Shown: one piece after another, positions 46,661 through 48,781 of the stretch
Numbering within the stretch: the first letter of the stretch is position 1
How the letters are laid out: the number at the start of each line of letters is the position of its first letter
Assembly (NCBI GenBank): GCA_040752125.1
Contig: JBFMFK010000004.1
Location: forward strand, 1-48,781
Reading direction: 5' to 3'
Length of the DNA: 48,781 bases
From: Patescibacteria group bacterium
GTDB lineage: Bacteria > Patescibacteriota > Minisyncoccia > UBA9983
Notes under the pieces: model-generated
Databases searched by the model: none
Told to the model about the DNA's origin: nothing
The model's input: the letters and a program-made list of their open reading frames with translations, nothing else
Made by a program: the position numbers and the translations under genes

Positions 46661-48097
46661 TTATCCTTTTATGACTGCTAGCGGTTTTAATCGCGCCACT
46701 TTTATGGCTATGCCAGCATTATGGACGACTTCTACCACATTATCAATATCTTTATAGGCCAGCGGTGCTTCTTCAGCCAATCCTTTTATTGAACCAGTTC
46801 GTATGATAATTCCTTTTTTTTCTAATTCATCTTTTAATTCGCTACCACGCACTTCGCGCAGAGCCGCATGTCTAGACATCCTTCTACCCGCTCCATGACA
46901 AGTGGAACCAAAAGATTCTTGCATTGCTTTTTCTGTACCTACTAAAACATAAGAGGCCGTGCCCATGCTCCCCGGAATAATTACGGGTTGATCTGGAAAA
47001 GATCTTGTCGCTCCTTTGCGATGCACAACAACGAAGTCGGACTTCGTCTTGACGGCGAAGTCCGACTTCGTCGGAAAAATATGCTCTTCTATCTTTGCAA
47101 TATTATGCGCAACGTCATACACGAGATTTAGTTGGTTGCTTCCAAATAACTCTTTCCATACTTTTCTTATATGCCAAGTGATCATCTGTCTATTTGCCCA
47201 AGCAAAATTAGCAGAAGCAGACATTGCCTTAAAATAAGCCTGACCTTCTTTTGATTTAAAGGGTGCGCAAGCCAGTTCTAAATCAGGAAGTTTAATGCTA
47301 AATTTATTCAAAGACCGCACAAAAATTTTTATATAATCAGTGGCTACTTGATGCCCCAGGCCACGTGAGCCAGTATGAATCAAAACCGCAATCTGATTTT
47401 TAAAAAGGCCGAAACTTTTTGCCTTTTCTTTATCCAAAACTTCTTCCACTACATCAACTTCCACAAAATGGTTGCCTGCACCCATGGTGCCAATCTGATC
47501 CCTTCCTCTGTTTTTTGCATGTTCAGAAATCATTGAAGCATCAGCCTCCTTTAAGCTTCCTTCTGACTCTATATTTTTTAAATCCTCCTTATTGCCAAAA
47601 CCTTTTTCTATTATCCATTTTGCTCCACCTCCAAGAACTTCATCTAATTCTTGGTTATTTAATTTCAATTTGCCGCCTCTGCCCACCCCTGAAGGAATCT
47701 CTTTATAAAGCATCTCAGCAAGCTTCTCTGTGTAATTTTTAATTTCATTTAAACTTTTATCTGAACGCAAAAGACGCACCCCGCAGTTTATATCATAGCC
47801 AATACCACCAGGAGAGATTACGCCCTCTTCATAATCCATTGCTGCTACCCCGCCAATGGGAAAACCATAACCTTCGTGTATATCGGGCATTGCCAAGGCA
47901 AACCCCCGAATGCCCGGTAATGTTGTCACATTGACCAATTGCTCCAAAGATCTATCTCGAAAAATCTCCTCAAGTATCTTTTCTGATGCATAAAATCTTG
48001 CCGGCACTCGCATATTACTGCGGAATTCCTTGGGTATCTCCCATAGATAATCACCTAACTTTTGAATTTTGAATTTTGAATTTTGAATTTCTTTCAT
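46661..48097 (-). CDS. rtcB: RNA ligase RtcB
   Basis: MPDIHEGYGFPIG, DINCG, GNHF, HTGSRG, HRKGA, HGAGR. Confidence 0.96.
   Translation of the reverse strand: MKEIQNSKFKIQKLGDYLWEIPKEFRSNMRVPARFYASEKILEEIFRDRSLEQLVNVTTLPGIRGFALAMPDIHEGYGFPIGGVAAMDYEEGVISPGGIGYDINCGVRLLRSDKSLNEIKNYTEKLAEMLYKEIPSGVGRGGKLKLNNQELDEVLGGGAKWIIEKGFGNKEDLKNIESEGSLKEADASMISEHAKNRGRDQIGTMGAGNHFVEVDVVEEVLDKEKAKSFGLFKNQIAVLIHTGSRGLGHQVATDYIKIFVRSLNKFSIKLPDLELACAPFKSKEGQAYFKAMSASANFAWANRQMITWHIRKVWKELFGSNQLNLVYDVAHNIAKIEEHIFPTKSDFAVKTKSDFVVVHRKGATRSFPDQPVIIPGSMGTASYVLVGTEKAMQESFGSTCHGAGRRMSRHAALREVRGSELKDELEKKGIIIRTGSIKGLAEEAPLAYKDIDNVVEVVHNAGIAIKVARLKPLAVIKG
47031..47071. repeat. Inverted doublet of palindrome E in rtcB
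   Basis: ACGAAGTC-G-GACTTCGT and CGAAGTC-C-GACTTCG; translated TKSDFAVKTKSDF. Confidence 0.88.
48060..48090. repeat. (TTTTGAA)x4 heptamer tract at rtcB 5' end
   Basis: Perfect tandem 7-mers; translated IQNSKFKIQK. Confidence 0.88.
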
Positions 48098-48510
48098 ATA
48101 TCAAAAACAATTATAGTTTCATATCCACTGTTAATCTTTTTGATTTTTGCTTCATGATAGGTCACCGCTTTTATGTCTTCATCAAAACTATCTATTTTTC
48201 CCCCAAAAATTTCCGCATCTAATTCATTCTCTGTAATTTTTAAAAAATTCACTTTATAAAAAACTGTTTTTTCTTCGTAAGAGGCAGTCAAAACTTCTGA
48301 AAGAAAATCAATCAGTAAAATCGTCTCATTATCAGCTTTTACTTTAATTTTGATTTTAGAGATTTGATATTTAAAATAAGATTTTGAAATATCCTGTTTC
48401 AAAATCTGTGCCATCCCTAAAACAGCCTGCTCAAAAAGGTCTTGCAGATTCTTTCCGCTTACCTTCAATCTAATATCCGCAGTATGAGGCAGAATTTCAA
48501 ACGGGCTCAT
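48094..48510 (-). CDS. Archease
   Basis: FEILPHTADI, IKAVTYH, FDI end; overlaps rtcB start by 4 nt. Confidence 0.93.
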   Translation of the reverse strand: MSPFEILPHTADIRLKVSGKNLQDLFEQAVLGMAQILKQDISKSYFKYQISKIKIKVKADNETILLIDFLSEVLTASYEEKTVFYKVNFLKITENELDAEIFGGKIDSFDEDIKAVTYHEAKIKKINSGYETIIVFDI

Positions 48511-48551
48511 TATTAAATTCTATCAGATTATTTTAAATTATAAATGAAAAA

Positions 48552-48572
48552 GCAGGACGCCTGACGTCCTGC
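48552..48572 (-). terminator. Intrinsic terminator
   Basis: GCAGGACG/CGTCCTGC stem followed by TTTTT on minus strand. Confidence 0.7.
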
Positions 48573-48635
48573 CGCTTATGAAAAAGTAAGGCCGATGTAT
48601 TTGGAAATCAGTATTACTACCATTATATCAGATTT

Positions 48636-48781
48636 TTATTTCTCATGACACTTCTTATATTTCTTACCCGATCCGCAGGGACATGGATCGTTGCGGCCGA
48701 TCTTTGATCGGGAAGTATTTTGTATTTGGTATTTAGTATTTGGGATTTGTTTGGAATTTAGAATCTCGGATTTAGAATTCT
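48636..48781 (-). CDS. secA: 3' end of a SEC-C motif protein, probably SecA (partial)
   Basis: Manual translation ...[22 protein letters not shown]; SEC-C also ends other proteins. Confidence 0.65.
   Translation of the reverse strand, partial: NSKSEILNSKQIPNTKYQIQNTSRSKIGRNDPCPCGSGKKYKKCHEK
48715..48781. repeat. Heptamer-based tract in the linker before the SEC-C motif
   Basis: GTATTTN and GAATTTA-type 7-mers; first 43 nt match iscS tract. Confidence 0.8.

Noticed and set aside
46661-48510. tRNA intron splicing system implied by rtcB-archease
   Set aside because: None of the five tRNAs here has an intron; the pair is a known RNA repair module

Overview
AT-rich bacterial chromosome segment with the gene content of a Patescibacteria/CPR (Parcubacteria-like) genome; this taxonomic call is an inference from short Tsf and PrfA, split transketolase, GYAWSDNIGWI-repeat surface protein and PaaX/Cas2-like gene. 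It carries housekeeping genes (dnaX, serS, dprA-topA, rel, parB, miaA/miaB, clpB, htrA, iscSU, tsf-rpsB, rpmE, rpmG, rplY, gatB, rtcB-archease, probable secA 3' end), a gap-rpiB-rpe-tkt-pfkB-fba sugar cluster and five CCA-less tRNAs. The notable layer is small selfish DNA. Three single-gene cassettes (an intact RAYT-like HUH transposase, a deleted RAYT, and a PaaX/Cas2-like gene) each sit antisense to their neighbours and are bracketed by their own directly repeated short palindrome, whose upstream copy is built into the promoter. Several other palindrome families and 7-mer tracts are inserted in frame in essential genes. Many genes look leaderless, tRNAs abut or overlap CDSs, and DnaA-box-like 9-mers sit co-oriented just upstream of several promoters. 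All coordinates and alignments were done by eye.
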